Numbered from the stretch's first letter, positions 11,600-25,315 are shown. The stretch: DNA of 64,000 bases from Cetorhinus maximus (GCF_964194155.1 NC_135881.1:168702001-168766000), one strand, 5' to 3'. Notes: generated by a model from the letters alone, not told the origin. A program made the numbers and translations.

Positions 11600-12685
11600 A
11601 TTGGCAACCCTATCAACATTTAAAAGATAGGAAACTGAGTCGGGTGGCGTGGTCAACCATGTCAAAGGTGAGGAGGGATCATTTACCTTATTTACAGTTA
11701 TATAGGATGTCATTTTTGACTCTGATAAGAGCCACTTTGGTACTGTGATAAGGACAGAAACTTGATTGGAGAGATTCAATTAGAGTCCTGTGAAAGATGG
11801 GCAGGGCTTTGTGAGGTGACAGCATTCAAAGAGAGGAGAGGAAAGGGAGGTCAGAGATGGGGCAGTAGTTTGCAAGGATGAAAGGGTTGAAGTTTTTTTT
11901 GAGGAAAGGTGTGATAACGACAGATTTGAAGGGGAAGGAAACAGTATCTGAGAGAAAATCATTAACAATAGTAGCTAACATGGGGACCAGGAAGGGAAAT
12001 TGGGGTGATCAGCAATTTGTTGAGAATAGGGTCAAGGGAGCAGGAGTGTTTCATAGACAAGGTAAGTTTGGAGAGGGGATGGAGGGAGATTGTAGAGAAA
12101 CTAGAGAGAGACGTGAGTTCACAGCTTGGGAATTTGGGAAACTCAGAGGAAATTTGGCCCAGTAGGCCAGTGGTAATTAGGGAAACGACAGAGGCAGCTT
12201 ATCATATGGTCTCAATCTTAGTGACAAAGAAGTCCATAAGCTCCTCACACTTGTTGAAGGTGAGGATGGAGGAGATGGGGAGAGTGGTTTAAGAAGGTGG
12301 TTTGCAGTAGTGAAAAGAAGCTGGGCATTATCTTTCCAGGATGATCTTGGAATAGTGAGTCATTTTGGCAGACAACAGATCAGCAGCTGCAAAAATGTGA
12401 TGATGAATGGAGGCCCAAAGGCTAAACATTTAGAATTTTGAAAGTGAGTTGTAAGTGAATTGGGAGAGTTTTTCCAGGGTTGGACACAGAAGGAAGTAGG
12501 GTTTGGGATGGAGGTGTGGGTAGTTGGCAGGGGGAGGTGAGTGGAGAGTGATAAAAGGAAGTGATCAGAGATGGCTTTATCTGGAAATTAACATGATAGA
12601 AATAGCAAGGCCATTTGAAACGGCAAGGTGAAGAGGTGGCCTTTAATATGGGTCGGGGAGTTTAGATGCATTAAGGGAAGACAGG
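11600..12685 (-). mobile_element. Decayed L2 LINE RT region
   Basis: Minus strand reads ANYCPISDLPF at about 11845-11878 (L2 NYRPISNLPF motif). Confidence 0.65.
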
Positions 12686-13420
12686 AGGACATCATTGCAG
12701 GAGTTCCTCAGGCAGTGTCCTAGGTCCAACTATCTTCATCTGTGACCTTCCCTTTATCATAGAGTTAGGAGTGGGGATCTTTGCTGATGATTACTCAGTG
12801 TTTAGTTATATGGAGTAACTACATAAATACTGTGTCCACAAGAGCCGATCAAAAGCTGGATATTCTGCAGCAAGTGACTCACCGCCTGACTCCCCAAAGC
12901 CTGTCCATCACCTACATGGCACAAGTGAGGAACATGATGGAATACTTTCCACTTGCCTAGATGAGTGCAACAACACAATGTTCAACACCATCCAGGGCAA
13001 AGCAGCCCACTTGATTTGTACCCCAGCTACCATCTGAAACATCCATTCTGTGCACCACTGGGGCAATGTAGCTGTACTGTTGTATGTACTGCAGCAACTT
13101 GCCATGACTTCTCCAACAGTGCCTCTCAAAATCACAACCTCTATCATCTTGAAGAATAAGGGCAGCAGGCCCATGAGAACATCACCACCTCCAAGCTCTA
13201 CTCAAACTCACACATCATCCGGATTTGCAAATACATTGCGTTCCATTGTCACTCGGTCAAAAGTCTGGAACTCACTACCTAATTAATCATGTTACTTCCA
13301 CCACACAGACTTCAGTGGTTAAATAATGTGACTCAGCACCACCTCCTCAAGAGCAGTAAAGGATAAGCAATGGTCTTGCCAATGACAATGTTATCCACTG
13401 AATAAATAAGGAAAAAAAGA
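12686..13420 (+). mobile_element. LINE (CR1/L2 group) 3' part, same family as 41125-43473
   Basis: Frameshifted GVPQGSVLGP and FADD motifs; 3' tail ending aataaataaggaaaaaaa. Confidence 0.7.
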
Positions 13421-13789
13421 AGTTTCTCCATAACTGAGTCAATACTATCTACTTCAACCACTCCACGTGACATTGAGTTCCACATTCTCACCTGTATGAT
13501 GATATGTTTCCTTTCTTTATTTAATCCATTAATGGGAAATTCCTCCTAAATTCTTTTTCAGATCAGTTCTATTTCTTCTGTTCATTGAAAGTAAAATTTT
13601 GAGTTAACTTTTTTGATGCATGAGAACATAAGATATAGGAGCAGGAATTTGTTCTCCCATTGAATAATTCATGGCTGATCTACCTGAACTCCACCTTCCA
13701 GCACTACCTCCATATTCCTTAACTTGTTTAGTACATATAAAAATGCACAGACCTTTGTCTTGAATATGGTCAACGACTGAGTATCAAGA

Positions 13790-14213
13790 TGTCATTGGCG
13801 TATTTGTGGAATCTGATGCATTTTCCAATGATGCCCCTGAGCATCAGCATGCAGAGATCTAGAAGGGTGCCTACAAAGCTCCCAAATATTCTGACCAAAA
13901 CTGTCTTGTTTTTTTAAATTTAAAATTTACTTTGGACTGTTGCCTTAAAGTGGGTGTATAGTTGGGAGTTAGTTTAATTAAGAATTGTAGGGTTTGTTAT
14001 AGTATTAAGTAACTATAATCTTTTCTTGTATTAATAAATATTTTAAGTTAATTTTTTAAATCACTAAAAGGTCTTAGTGGACTCATTACTTCTGAATTTA
14101 ATGCACACATCTTCTCATAATAAATACAAATTGCAAAACCGTTGTGATAGCATGGCCAAGTTTCCGGTGTGGATTTGGTACTCTTGGCACACATCACCTG
14201 ACACGTCATAGCA
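13790..14213 (+). mobile_element. Partial solo LTR, same family as 28221-28971 (opposite orientation)
   Basis: Ends ...cacctgacacgtcatagca, the reverse complement of the 28221 start; internal AATAAA. Confidence 0.65.
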
Positions 14214-14540
14214 CACTACAGTACATTCGAAACTTCTGGGTAAGTACACCTCTCTTGCACAGACTATTCCATCTTCTCTTTTCAACCTCTTGCACATGAC
14301 TGCTGATATCATTGTTAAATCATGGTACACATCACTATCCCATTACCATAACTATTAACCCATTATCCTACATCTCCCCCCAAGTATAATCTCAATTTTT
14401 TAAATAACAATCTTAAACTATTTTCTTAAACTATTTACATTACATTTTCAAACTTCTGTAAACCCACCCCCTGTATTGTTACAGATTCTATCCAGCTCCT
14501 ACCCTTCCCCAACTCTAAGTCACGGTCAAAAAGAGCTTCA

Positions 14541-15490
14541 GGCCAATAACTTCCACACTCCCCAGCATTGGAATTGGCGGGTAAGCACCCCAAAGATGTG
14601 CTAGTTAAGAACTCTGGCAAGTTCCCACATAAGGGTTTGCATAGCAGTTGCCCAGAAGTGCTAACTTCCTCTAGACAATTGCGCAGCACTGGGAACCATC
14701 TGAAAATGCGATGTAAATTGCAAACTTTGGATGGTTCTGCCAGGGTTATACCAATAGTTACCTAGAAAAAGTTAGAAGAATTAAAACCTCTTCTATTGTA
14801 AAGGCCCAGACCAACCCCATGGTACTCTCCTGCACACCCAACACACCCCCGCCATGGGAGCCCCCCATCCCCCCGCCCCAATCCCACCCCCACCCCCCCT
14901 GACCTTGGAACCCCCGACACCCTGGAACCCCCCAACCTCAGGACCCCTGACACGTGACCTCGGAACCCCCCAACCTCGGATCCACCCCTCCAAGCTTGGA
15001 ACCCCCGATGCCCCTTCCAACCTCGGAACCCTCGACCCCCTCAACCTCAGAACCCCCAACCTCCCAAGAAATCTCCCCCTGACTTCAGAATCCCCGACCT
15101 TGAACCCTCGAACCCCCCACCCGACCTCGGAACCCAATACCCCCCGCCACAGCCTTGGAACCCCAATCCCCCCTCCCCCCCCACCCCCCCATGACCTCCA
15201 AACACCCACACCCCGCAAATCCTTTTCACTTACCTTCTCCCTGACTTGTCAAGTCAATTTCAATGGGACCATTAAACTGACCTGCTCTACGGCAGCTAGT
15301 GCCATAAAAAAGGGGACATGGCCTTCTTCAAATCAACGGTGCTGGACTTTGGAGACAGCTGCGCTGCCTGGATCTCACCCTACCTGAGTTGGAAGGTCGG
15401 GTGAGATAGGAAAGGAAGGAATTTGGCATAGGTAAGTGGGCAGGGAGTGACAATCCGGTGCTGATTGCCACTCTGAGGAAGTTACAGCCC
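14541..15490. mobile_element. PIF/Harbinger-type MITE with C-rich (ggaacccc) minisatellite core
   Basis: TIRs ggccaataactt / aagttacagccc; 3-bp TSD TCA at 14538-14540 and 15491-15493. Confidence 0.75.
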
Positions 15491-15499
15491 TCAATCTCC

Positions 15500-18290
15500 C
15501 ACAGCCTTCAATCTCCCAGTGTCCTTGGCTTTCTGGGAGGATGTTGTGGACATATGTGGTTTCTTGTCTTTTGCCTGGAAGACAAAAACATTGGCGGAGT
15601 GGGATAGCAACTTTCCACGACCACTAGTAACTTGGCTGTGATCTCTACGACAACTGAACTGTAAGGGTTGTGAAAATTTTTCAATGAAAGGCTGATTCAA
15701 GAGAGAAGACAACAGGATATGGGCAATCAGACACTCTTGAATAGGAAGAGGACAAACTAGCATTCTCTCTGGAATCTTCTGTTTCCTCTTAGCACGCTGG
15801 AGAAAGGCCTGAGATGATAAAGTATCTTCAACTCTGATGAAGAATTACACAGCTGTATCACTCACCGCTGCATTGTGGACAAAAAAGGCATTCAATATCT
15901 AATATTTGAATAAACTTTGAAGACAAGCCGAAGAATGACAAAAATCCTGTATTCTCAGCAGATGCAAAGAAAATTCAACTTCCCTACCACTCTCAGGGTA
16001 CTACTTGCACTTTCTGTAGGTAGTGATAACATTGCCACCTTTGCTTCAGTGTGAGGCTGCTAGCAATGGGATGATGGTGTCAGCATAAGGTAAGACAACA
16101 TCATCTTCAACAATGGAGTGACTCTCCAGGACTGGATGCAGATGAAATTTCCGTATAGGAGTCTTCAGCTGTAGAAGCTCTGCAGTTTTGGTCTCCGCTT
16201 CTGTACTGAAGGAAGACTTTAGTGGAAGGATGACTTGCTGATGAGATTGAAGTGTGGGCGTCATCTTACTTGCACCCAAACTAGTAGGGTCTGCATTTTC
16301 TCTAGCAGTTTGATCCAACTCGGAATCAAGCATTTTGTTCTCCCAAAACATCTCACTGTGGACTGCCAGTGATATATAATGCATCTCATTGGTGGGTTCA
16401 ATGAGAGGAATATACGAATTCAGCTTTTCAACAACAAACACAGCTAACTCAACAAAGACACCAGACTTCATGTGCTTTGGCAGTAGATTCAAAGAGCGTA
16501 CCAATCTCTAGGACCTCATCTTCCAACAGACCTCCTCATTGCTGCAACAGCCTCTTTCTCATAACTTTTGTCAGGAAAGAGACATCCCAGGTCTAGAAGC
16601 TCCTCTAGAGGATGGTCACCATCTTCCTCAGTGCCTTCTAGTTTCGCACCCACTAGCCTGTCTATGAAAAGAACTGAGATCTCTCCAGTCACTGGGTCAA
16701 AATCCTGGAACTCACTTCCTAACAGCACTGTGGGTGAACCTCCACAACATGGACTGCAGCGGTCCAAGGCGGCAGCTCACCATCACCTTCTTGAGGGCAA
16801 TTATGGGTGGGCACGAAATGCTGGCCTAGCCAGCAACACCACGACTCATGAACAAATAAAAAAGTCTCCCACTGCGGTCCAGCAGATGGTGCTTCTGTTA
16901 TAAAGAATCACCCACTGTTCAATGAATAAATCTCACCAGCTGCTGCTGAATTGAAATCCGTTGGTTCGTCACCCAACCTTGGAAATTCTGCTATGAATGC
17001 TACCTGTCTGCCCCACTGTAGGACTTCATCTACTTTTTCCAGAAGACCCAGTTGTAGACATGCATTTCTGCTCAATAAAGATGTGCTTTGATTGTGCAAG
17101 ATATAGAGGGTCTCGGTAATCTCTTGCCCCTTGCGGCTAAGGGTAGTGGTTATCTTTTACTTGAAGATCCATACCACCTGGCCTTGCAATTTAATTCTTG
17201 ATGGCTGGATGGCTACCGCTTTGAGCCATTCCAAATAGTCATCCAGTACTGTAACACCAGCTCCAGTATCAAGTTTGAACTTAATTTTAAAGCCTTTAAC
17301 TTCTAAAGCAATTGACCAAAATTTTTGTTCTTGATCCTTCACTTTTCCTAGGAAATCTGTGTTCTTATTTCCATCCTTATTCCCAATTTCCTGAATTATC
17401 TGCTTTTCAGAGACATTCTCTTGCTTTTTTCCTTTAATTGTGTATTTAGATTTACAGAACTACCTGAAGAGTTGTCTCTCCGCATCAGAAACACTGCACC
17501 CCTTGCTGGGCAATCTTGCCTTCTGTGCTGCTTTTTCATTCCACTTTAAAATCGCTACTGCAGAGTGTTCTGCTCTTTCCCCTGTTTTGATGGACTTTTG
17601 AGTGGGCGAGGTTGCCACCTTTGGGCCTACCCAACTAACAGACTCATCGGAAGCCATGGTATTTCCACAGATTGTGGCTGATTTTGCTCTCTAAATTTGG
17701 CATGTCCAAGGTATTGAACTGCTTGTTCGAGTATTAGGTCGTCTTTTGCCTGCAAAAAACCAGACAACTTTTTGTTGTGGACTCCAACAACAATGTGGCT
17801 GTGAATAAATTTTTCTTTCAATGCACCATACCCACAACAACCAGTTAACCTATATAGGTCTGTAAGGAACAATTCAGTGGATTCCCCTGTCCCTTGGGAT
17901 ATTATAACTGAGCCAGCTCGATTCAATTAGAGGTTCCGTTTTGGGCTGAAGTATGCATCGAATGCTTTCAAGATGGTTTCAAATTCTGCAGAGGTCTCTT
18001 CTATCTCCTCTGTCTCTGGAGGACATCAACAACGGTCCCACTGCATATGGGAATGTACTAACCTGGTGCTTCGGCTCTTTGGCATGCAAACAGGACCTTG
18101 CTCGATACCTCTGGAATTGTTTTTTCCATAACTCCCAATGCTGGCCTCTGTGAATCTTCGAGGTTTGCAGATGGCAGAGGAAAGGACATTCACTGCTTGA
18201 CAGGTGCTGACATCACTACCAATTCTCAGTATGCCTTCATTAAGACAAGTCTTCTGATTCTTCCTTTGAAGGAGTCTTATCTGCTGCATT
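15500..18290 (-). mobile_element. Decayed Gypsy gag-pol, interrupted by a LINE tail at about 16683-16864
   Basis: Protease motif IKFKLDTGAGVTVL (17157-17342) and gag-like FLTDLYRLTGCCGYGALKEKFIHSHIVVGV (17627-17926); the 15.5-16.7 kb part is less certain. Confidence 0.7.
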
Positions 18291-18730
18291 TTTATAAATT
18301 CATTCACGGGATGAGTGTGTCACTGGCAGGGCTGCATTTGTTGTCCATGTCTAATTTCACTTGAGGTGGCGGCGGTGGCAGCCTTCTTGAACCACTCCAG
18401 TCTCTGTGGTGTAGGTATACCACAGTGCTGTTAGGGTGGGAGTTTCAGGTTTTTGATCCAGCAACAGTGAAGTCTTAGAGTTCCAAATCAGGATGGTGTG
18501 TAACTTGGAGGGGAATTCCAATAAGTCAAAAACCTGCTGATGCTGAACAAGTGAGAAGAATGTTGTCCATGTAGTTTTCCCTATAGGTTTCACTAACAAT
18601 TATTCATCTCAAGCAGACAAAAAGGGACAATAGCTGAGGGTCCCTGAATTTTGGGCTATGCAAACAACTAGTTAACATTTATTTTCAAAGGCAATGAAGA
18701 ATGGTATACTATGATTCCTCATCTTATTAG

Positions 18731-19798
18731 TGTTACGATCCCATAGACCAATAGCTTTGTAAAAGAAAGTAATCCACAGGATGTCAATGGAAAAAAAAGG
18801 ACAACATTTTATTTAAGACTTTTACTGTAACAAATTAACTAAAATCAAGATAAAAGCAAAATGCTGCCGATGCTGGAAATCTGAAACAAAAACAGAAAAT
18901 GCTGGAAAAACTCAACAGGTCCGACAGCATCTGTGGAGAGAGAAACAGAGTTGATGTTTCAAGTCCGTATGACTCTTCTTCAGAGCTCTGAAGAGTCATA
19001 CGGACTTGAAATGTAAACAGTTTCTCTCTCCACAGATGCTGTAAGACCTGAGTTTTTCCAGCATTTTCTGTTTTTGTAACTAAAATCAACATAGATCAAA
19101 CATTAGTTATTAGGCAACTGATACATCAAACTAAAGAAAAAGGTGTCACATTAACTAACCAATGCAACCAGAATATGCCTTAAAAAACTTTTACTCTAAG
19201 CCACACTACTGGCACATATGTAGTATTAATGGGACAGTCTCAAAGTCTCTCCTAGCTCTCCAGCAGAGGTTTACCACTCCTCGCCATGCCAGGTCAAAAG
19301 TACCAGGGTTTTTTGACAATTGGTCCATTCTGCCTGAGTTTATCACCAGCAACGCACATCTTGATAAATTCCCCCTCTCCCTTGAGTCACAAGAGTCCTG
19401 ACAACCTAGAATTCCAGAGGTTCATGTATCCGACCCCATTTAAACTGCTTAGTCATCTTTGATAAAACTGTTTTTTTCAGAAAGTTTTACTTCTGCTCCC
19501 TGTTGTTTCCTACAGAACAGAGATTTGGACCTGGGGGAGTTCCAATTCTTTTCTCCCTGCTACTCAGCAGCAGCTTTTCCTGTTCTGAGAGAGATGTTAT
19601 AAACTGCAACTCAACGGGTTTCTATTTGAGCTTCTCTTCCTTCTCAACTCCCATCACTATGGCAACCTGAAATGCACAGACATTTTTCCAAATGAAAGTT
19701 TTTAAACCAGGAATTCATCACCCCTCCTTTCAGAACCATCTGTTTTATTTTGAGTTAAAGGGACCTTTATCATCTTGAAAAGTTCAGCGTTCATGACA
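18731..19798. mobile_element. Possible solo LTR hosting a fold-back insertion
   Basis: Termini TGTTACGA...TCATGACA; no matching TSD. Confidence 0.4.
18849..19076. mobile_element. Penelope-terminus fold-back insertion with hammerhead motifs
   Basis: Palindrome centred on cttcagag|ctctgaag (18985/18986); exact 13-bp TSD taactaaaatcaa at 18836-18848 and 19077-19089; minus-strand CTGAAGA-A-GAGTC..GACTT-GAAAC-ATC at 18949-18987. Confidence 0.85.
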
Positions 19799-20384
19799 AC
19801 ATCTATAAAAATTTTTGTGCAAAGAAACAAGTCAAAGTCAGGATATCAAAGTAGACAATCTGGTGCTATAACAGTGGAAATATAATTAACCCTACTGTGG
19901 AATCCAAGTTTGAAACATTGTTGTATTCTTTTTAAAAAAAAATACATGAATAAAAATGGGTCTCGCAGCGCCCATTTTAGCTAATAATTATAGAAATGAA
20001 AGAACAGCCAAGAAAAAAAAACTCAGTGGTGGGTGCATTAATCAAGTGATAATCAAATCTTGGATTACCATGCTCAATACACCTCAATGTCTCCCTGCAA
20101 TGGCTGGACTCAGGAACTCAGAGCATTAGAAAGCTATAACAAACTGAATCGTAATGCTACATTTTGAACTTTGGGACCAGCTGGATGGACTGCAATTTCT
20201 TTCATCATACCTACCGCAGCAAAATACAACTGTTCAATGCACATCACTACTTGATCACTTTATCCAAAGAGTTTTAACAAAGTTTTGAAGAATTCGAACC
20301 AGAGAATGATTCCCATGTGTAGTCACAACACTCAGCTTTTCATAAAAAAGGAACCTAGGGAAGGTGAAGGGTTACATTTTGTGG

Positions 20385-20390
20385 TTTATT
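20385..20390 (-). terminator. Candidate RBFA polyadenylation signal AATAAA
   Basis: AATAAA on the minus strand about 90 nt after the RBFA stop. Confidence 0.45.
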
Positions 20391-20476
20391 TAAATAAAGT
20401 TCAGTGGCTCAGCACTACAGAACATAAATTTAATTACAAATTGTAAAGATTGAGAGACAAGTACACACTTTAATAA

Positions 20477-20915
20477 CTATATGTCTTTTAGAGATTTCAA
20501 GTGACTTTTCGGATCTTCTTCCTCCACCTCGAGTTCCTTCACTTCCTCATTCATTTCCTTCAGTTCCTCTTCTCTGTCTGACAATGTGTCGGCCATTGTA
20601 GAGTCCATGTTATACTTTTCTAACAAGTACATCTCAGGTGTGATATCATCAAACTTGTACTTGGATTTTTTCTTCTTTATTCTCTTTAGTTTTTTAAGGT
20701 GAGCAAGTTGCTCTTGGTGCTGTTCTGGTAACATAAAACTATTTGTTTCCAATAAGTTTCCATTACTTTTCTTTTTGTATTCCAATATTTGTCTGTTCAG
20801 TAAGTCATGGTCAATACCAAAAAGATCCACTTCAGGAGATGATGGAGGCAGGTCAGATGAGACTGGACTAGATTCTTGAGAAGTAAGTTTCCAAGTAGAG
20901 TCTGGAGGAACTTGT
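20477..20915 (-). CDS. RBFA: RBFA exon 7 (last; contains LFGIDHDLLNRQILEYKKK)
   Basis: tgtag acceptor, phase consistent with exon 6, TAG stop; GIDHxxLNxQIxEYK is the vertebrate RBFA motif. Confidence 0.92.
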
Positions 20916-21550
20916 CTACAAGGGAAAAAGGTGATAGAGAAAATAATTTTTTTTAAACAATCAAGTGTTCCTGTACATAGCAATTGCTAGATAAAAAAAA
21001 CCAAGATCCATGTAATTCACCTTCTACCATCCTCATAGTCACATTATACAAAGATAATGGAGTTGACTAATCATAGTAAATCAATCTTTATCGATTCATC
21101 TACAACAAACCCAAACTTAACACGGGAAAACTCCAGTGAAGGGACTTTTGGGAACCATAGGTCCAAAATCCCTATTCCTTCCAAACATGCTACACTTACC
21201 AAATGACATGTCTCAAATTACACAGATATTGCACCCCAAAATGTTACTTTTTGAAATTTGTACTTGGGTGATTCAGTATTCCCTCCCAATAATCCCCTGA
21301 TTTAATGATCAGATCATTCTGCTGCAACCAGGAGAATGGAATCTATAAGCTGCACGCCTTCTTCAAGTGGTCACTGGACTGGCAACTATTCACTGGTGCG
21401 AGTATGAGTTTACATTGCATGCATGACAGAAACACATCAAATTAGCTACCAATATCATGGTCCTTCCTTTATTTTTGTCTCAAAGATCATAAAAAGATCA
21501 AATTTGCAGGATTAAAACACCTTTTTAAAAATGTTATAAATGGTAATTAC

Positions 21551-21636
21551 CTAAAATGCTTTGGGTTCCAAACTTGCCCAGTATCTGCAGTCTCTTCTTC
21601 AGAGCCATAATCAGCAATTTCTAACAATCTTTCTAC
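21551..21636 (-). CDS. RBFA: RBFA exon 6 (VERLLEIADYGSEEETADTGQVWNPKHF)
   Basis: 86 nt, cag/gtaatt boundaries, LLxxADxG motif. Confidence 0.9.
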
Positions 21637-21911
21637 CTGTATTAAGAAGTAAAATTTGTTTTAATACAATCTGCTTTAAAAACCTGTATGTTAAAAAGAA
21701 ATGATATACACGAGTTAAGTGTTTTATCTTTCTTTTTTATGGTCTTGTCAAATTGTCAATGACAAATGCATCATGTTCTTGTTGAGCTGTAGGTACATTA
21801 TTCTGTTCAGAACAGACAAAAAATGTGTAACAATACATGAAGCCTTATTTGCTGGTGTTCAGTCTATTTGCACATCATTCATCATAGAAATTCGTTACAA
21901 TGATTACCCAC

Positions 21912-21996
21912 CTCAGCTATTGCTGTTTGCTGTTGGTCTTTAACAAAGACCACTGGAGGAACGTTGCCCATGACTTGCTGAGTAATAAGAAGGTGT
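21912..21996 (-). CDS. RBFA: RBFA exon 5 (HLLITQQVMGNVPPVVFVKDQQQTAIAE)
   Basis: 85 nt, tag/gtgggt boundaries; NVPPxxFVxD RbfA motif. Confidence 0.93.
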
Positions 21997-22146
21997 CTAG
22001 AAATTAAAAAGGACATTTTGATTTGTTTGGAATTTGTCCCCCTCTAAATCAATTAATGCTCCCACTGTATTCTCAATATCCTATTTCATTGAAAACTATA
22101 GATACGGTAAACGTGGCTTATAAATAGTAATTTGGTAATATGGAAC

Positions 22147-23739
22147 TTTGAGTATTGCTGAAAAAAAGACATGCTGTCATAGCTTTTCGTCTTGCAGTCA
22201 TCAGAACAGTTCGCAAGAATACCAATAGTAAAGGGAACAACAATTTATACTGCATGAGGAGAAAGTGCTAATTTACTTGGCAAATGACTGATAGAGGCAT
22301 TGCCATAGAGAATGCACCATTCCTTGAATTTATGAACTCAGCAATGCGTGCAGTTGAGTTCAGTTTTAACAACACTATATGTGCCCAAATAGATGGTGTT
22401 GCCATGTGGTCCTCACCAGGCCCAGCTCTTGCAAACATCTTTATCAGTTTCCATGAGAAACTCATCTTCGATGGAATGACATCTAATCTTCTACCCCTTG
22501 CACATTTGCTATATTTGAATTGGCAGCTGCAGGTAAGAACTTCCTTACACACCTTAATGGGCTCCATCCTGTGCTCAAATTCACCTTTGAAATGGAACAG
22601 TCAAATGAGCTCCCTTTCCTCGACATGCTAGTTGAGAAATCTGCCAATAAGTTGTCTACTACTGTCTATCACAAGCCTACCTTCACTGATCAGTATACAC
22701 ATTGGGATTCCTACAGTTCCATACGGACAAGATTGGACTTATTGGCAACCTCATAAATAAGGCCTGAGCAATTTGCTCACCATACAAGCTTGATGCTGAA
22801 TTAGGGCACATTAAAGCCATCCTGTGGGATAATGGTTACCCTGATCAGATCGCTGCTCACTGTATATCTCGCAAACTCTGGTGACCTAAGGCCACCACTT
22901 TCGGCCCTGAAAAATGCCCAGTCTAACTCAGATTACCCTGGAAGGGCAAGGTGTTGCTCAAATTTTTGAGACAGGTGAAGTGAGCTGTTACTATGCAGTA
23001 GCGACATGCGTGGTGTTCTCCACTAACAGGACACTGCCATCAAGCCAAAAAGGCATTCAGCCTATCGCATTAATGAGTAATGTGATACATGAATTTCAGT
23101 GCCGGTGTGTTTGCAGATATGTAGGCAGCATATCCCAATGACTGGCAGATCATATCAAACAGTATGTCCTGTTGGCTGTTCGCAACAGGCAAAGTACAAA
23201 CCGTACCCAACCAGCCCGTGCTTGCAAAACTCAAAACAGTGTCCAACATTAGATGTGATTCCACGATTGCACAACATTTGGCAAGCAATCCTGACTGTGC
23301 CAAGAATTACTCAGAAAACCAATTTAAGATTATCAGTCAGGCTCATGTTTTAGCACACTTACAAGTGCTAGAAGCTACATATATTCACAGAGCCCAATCC
23401 TTTGCAGACAGAAGCAGCATGTTCATGCATTGCGCCTTTTTCAACTAAGCAAACACTTGGGGGATAGCCATTCCTTGGTTCATTCCCCATGACAATACTT
23501 GACCAGAGTCCACCTGCCTGGTTTGAATTTGAACAAAAGCTTGGCAGTTAACTGTTCCCTGGTGCATTCTCCATGGCAATGCCTCTACCAATCATAGTCC
23601 ACTTGCCAATCTAATCAGCACTCTCTTCTCATGTAATACAAATTTTTGTCCCCTTTATTTTGGTATAATTGTGAATTGACCTGATGAATGCAAGATGAAA
23701 AGCTTCGACAGCATGTCGCTTTTCTCAGCAGTACTCAAA
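22147..23739 (+). mobile_element. Second Penelope-like element (RT plus GIY-YIG, frameshifted) with inverted 5' pseudo-LTR
   Basis: QIDGVAM..GPALANIF, LPFLDMLV and TTVYHKPT motifs; VIHEFQCRCVCRYVG endonuclease; ends tttgagtattgctga / tcagcagtactcaaa inverted. Confidence 0.88.
23677..23710 (+). ncRNA. Minimal hammerhead motif (intact CUGAUGA/GAAA core, decayed stems); inverted copy at 22175-22208
   Basis: TGAC-CTGATGA-atgcaagat-GAAA-AGCT-TC-GACA with palindromic AAGCTT stem III. Confidence 0.65.
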
Positions 23740-23814
23740 TGTGGTTTAGTTAACATCTAACTGCCAGTGTAATGATGCACAACTTAATAGAAAAATGGTG
23801 ATGATGACACTTAC

Positions 23815-23927
23815 CTTACACGTGGGGAATATTTATCCAAGACTTGCTGAACACGATCATCTTTTGCCATGGAACCACTTGCCACCCAGTAAACTCGACA
23901 TGCCGAAAAATTCACAGTCAAAAGAAC
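23815..23927 (-). CDS. RBFA: RBFA exon 4 (VLLTVNFSACRVYWVASGSMAKDDRVQQVLDKYSPRV)
   Basis: 113 nt, tag/gtaagt boundaries; FSACRxYW motif. Confidence 0.93.
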
Positions 23928-25315
23928 CTATAATACCAGCAGCCAATCCAAATATTTATGAATCTCTGAACTTATGTACAGCTGTGGATTCAATCTTGAT
24001 TAGCAGATCGTCAGGACTCAGCAGGTTTTATCCTGAACTATCAATGCAGCCAGGTTATCATCCAGTATTATTTATACCATCACAAATAATTTTACAGACT
24101 TCAAATAAAAGAACATCTAATTTGTCCCAAAGAAACCAAAAGATGAAATGTTCAATCTAGAGAATAGAAGTTCTACCCTCTGGATTAAACATTCCATCCC
24201 TTGGTTTTGATGTTTTAAGAAGTTTTTTCAGCATTTTCAGAATAAAATTTACCTTCCCAGAGATTGTGTTCCTTCTCTTACATTTTTATTATAAGATAAC
24301 TGAAAGTGATTTGTAGCAAAATCAATGACATTCTTTAAAAAAGGCATTTACAATCTCACTACAAATGGCAAACAGGAAGAATTCCCTTGGCATTTTCTAA
24401 ACTGCTGACATCCAAATCCATTCCTTCTGCTCCTACTATAGAATTGTCTTTACATTCTAAATATCTACTGTTTACTCAGTTTCTAGTTACAGTCACTAAG
24501 AAGGACCCACAAAGACCCATGCTTTCACATAAATGAGAATAAGTTACATCTGGGAGTGTTAAGACCTGACTGAAATCTGGTCAAGATGCTGAGGAAGCCT
24601 GGAGGCAGTTATCCAAATCAATCTGTAGGATTTTTACACAGAGACCCAATTCAAAACGTGTAGTTCCGAATGCATTTTTGTATAGAAGATGGTATCTGAA
24701 GACAGGAAAATGGTAGGATTACTAAGCAACTCTGGGGCTTCACTCTCTGCAGGGAAGAGGATGATGTGGCACGCAGTACAGGCAAGAGTTTTACAGGTAT
24801 GGAAAATCTGGAGTTAATAACATTTTCCTTTCAGGTATAAGACTGTAGGAAACACTATTGAAAATGATTGGTGTGAAAGAACAAGAGGAAATGTTGGTAT
24901 TTTTATATAGCAATAAGGGTAATTGTACTTTGGAACAGATTATCACAGGGTGGTAGTTGGTAGAGTGACAAGAGAAGGGAGTATTGGAACAGAGTGTCAT
25001 GTTAGATTTCAAAATAAAAGATTGGACGAATTCCCAAGAAATAGAGCTTTTATTTACAAACAAATAACAAATACGATAGGAGGTACAGAAGGATAACTAG
25101 ATGGATCAACGGTCTGCATATTATGTACGATGTTGCTTGTTAAAAATAAATCCAGTTCAACACCAATGCTGGTAGGGAGATTGCATTCTGATGGGCTTTC
25201 ATGGAGTTCTCAGTAAATTTAAAAATTTTGATATTAAAATTGTTCATATTGTTTCCTTCTCCTGTCCGCTGCCTTTAGATAGAATAATACATTATGATAA
25301 TAAAGTTGTACATAC

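Noticed and set aside
14793-15387. Long Pro-rich and Gly-rich ORFs (also 32735-33582 and 59361-59892)
   Set aside because: They arise from C/G-run MITE cores open in several frames; no domain or splice support
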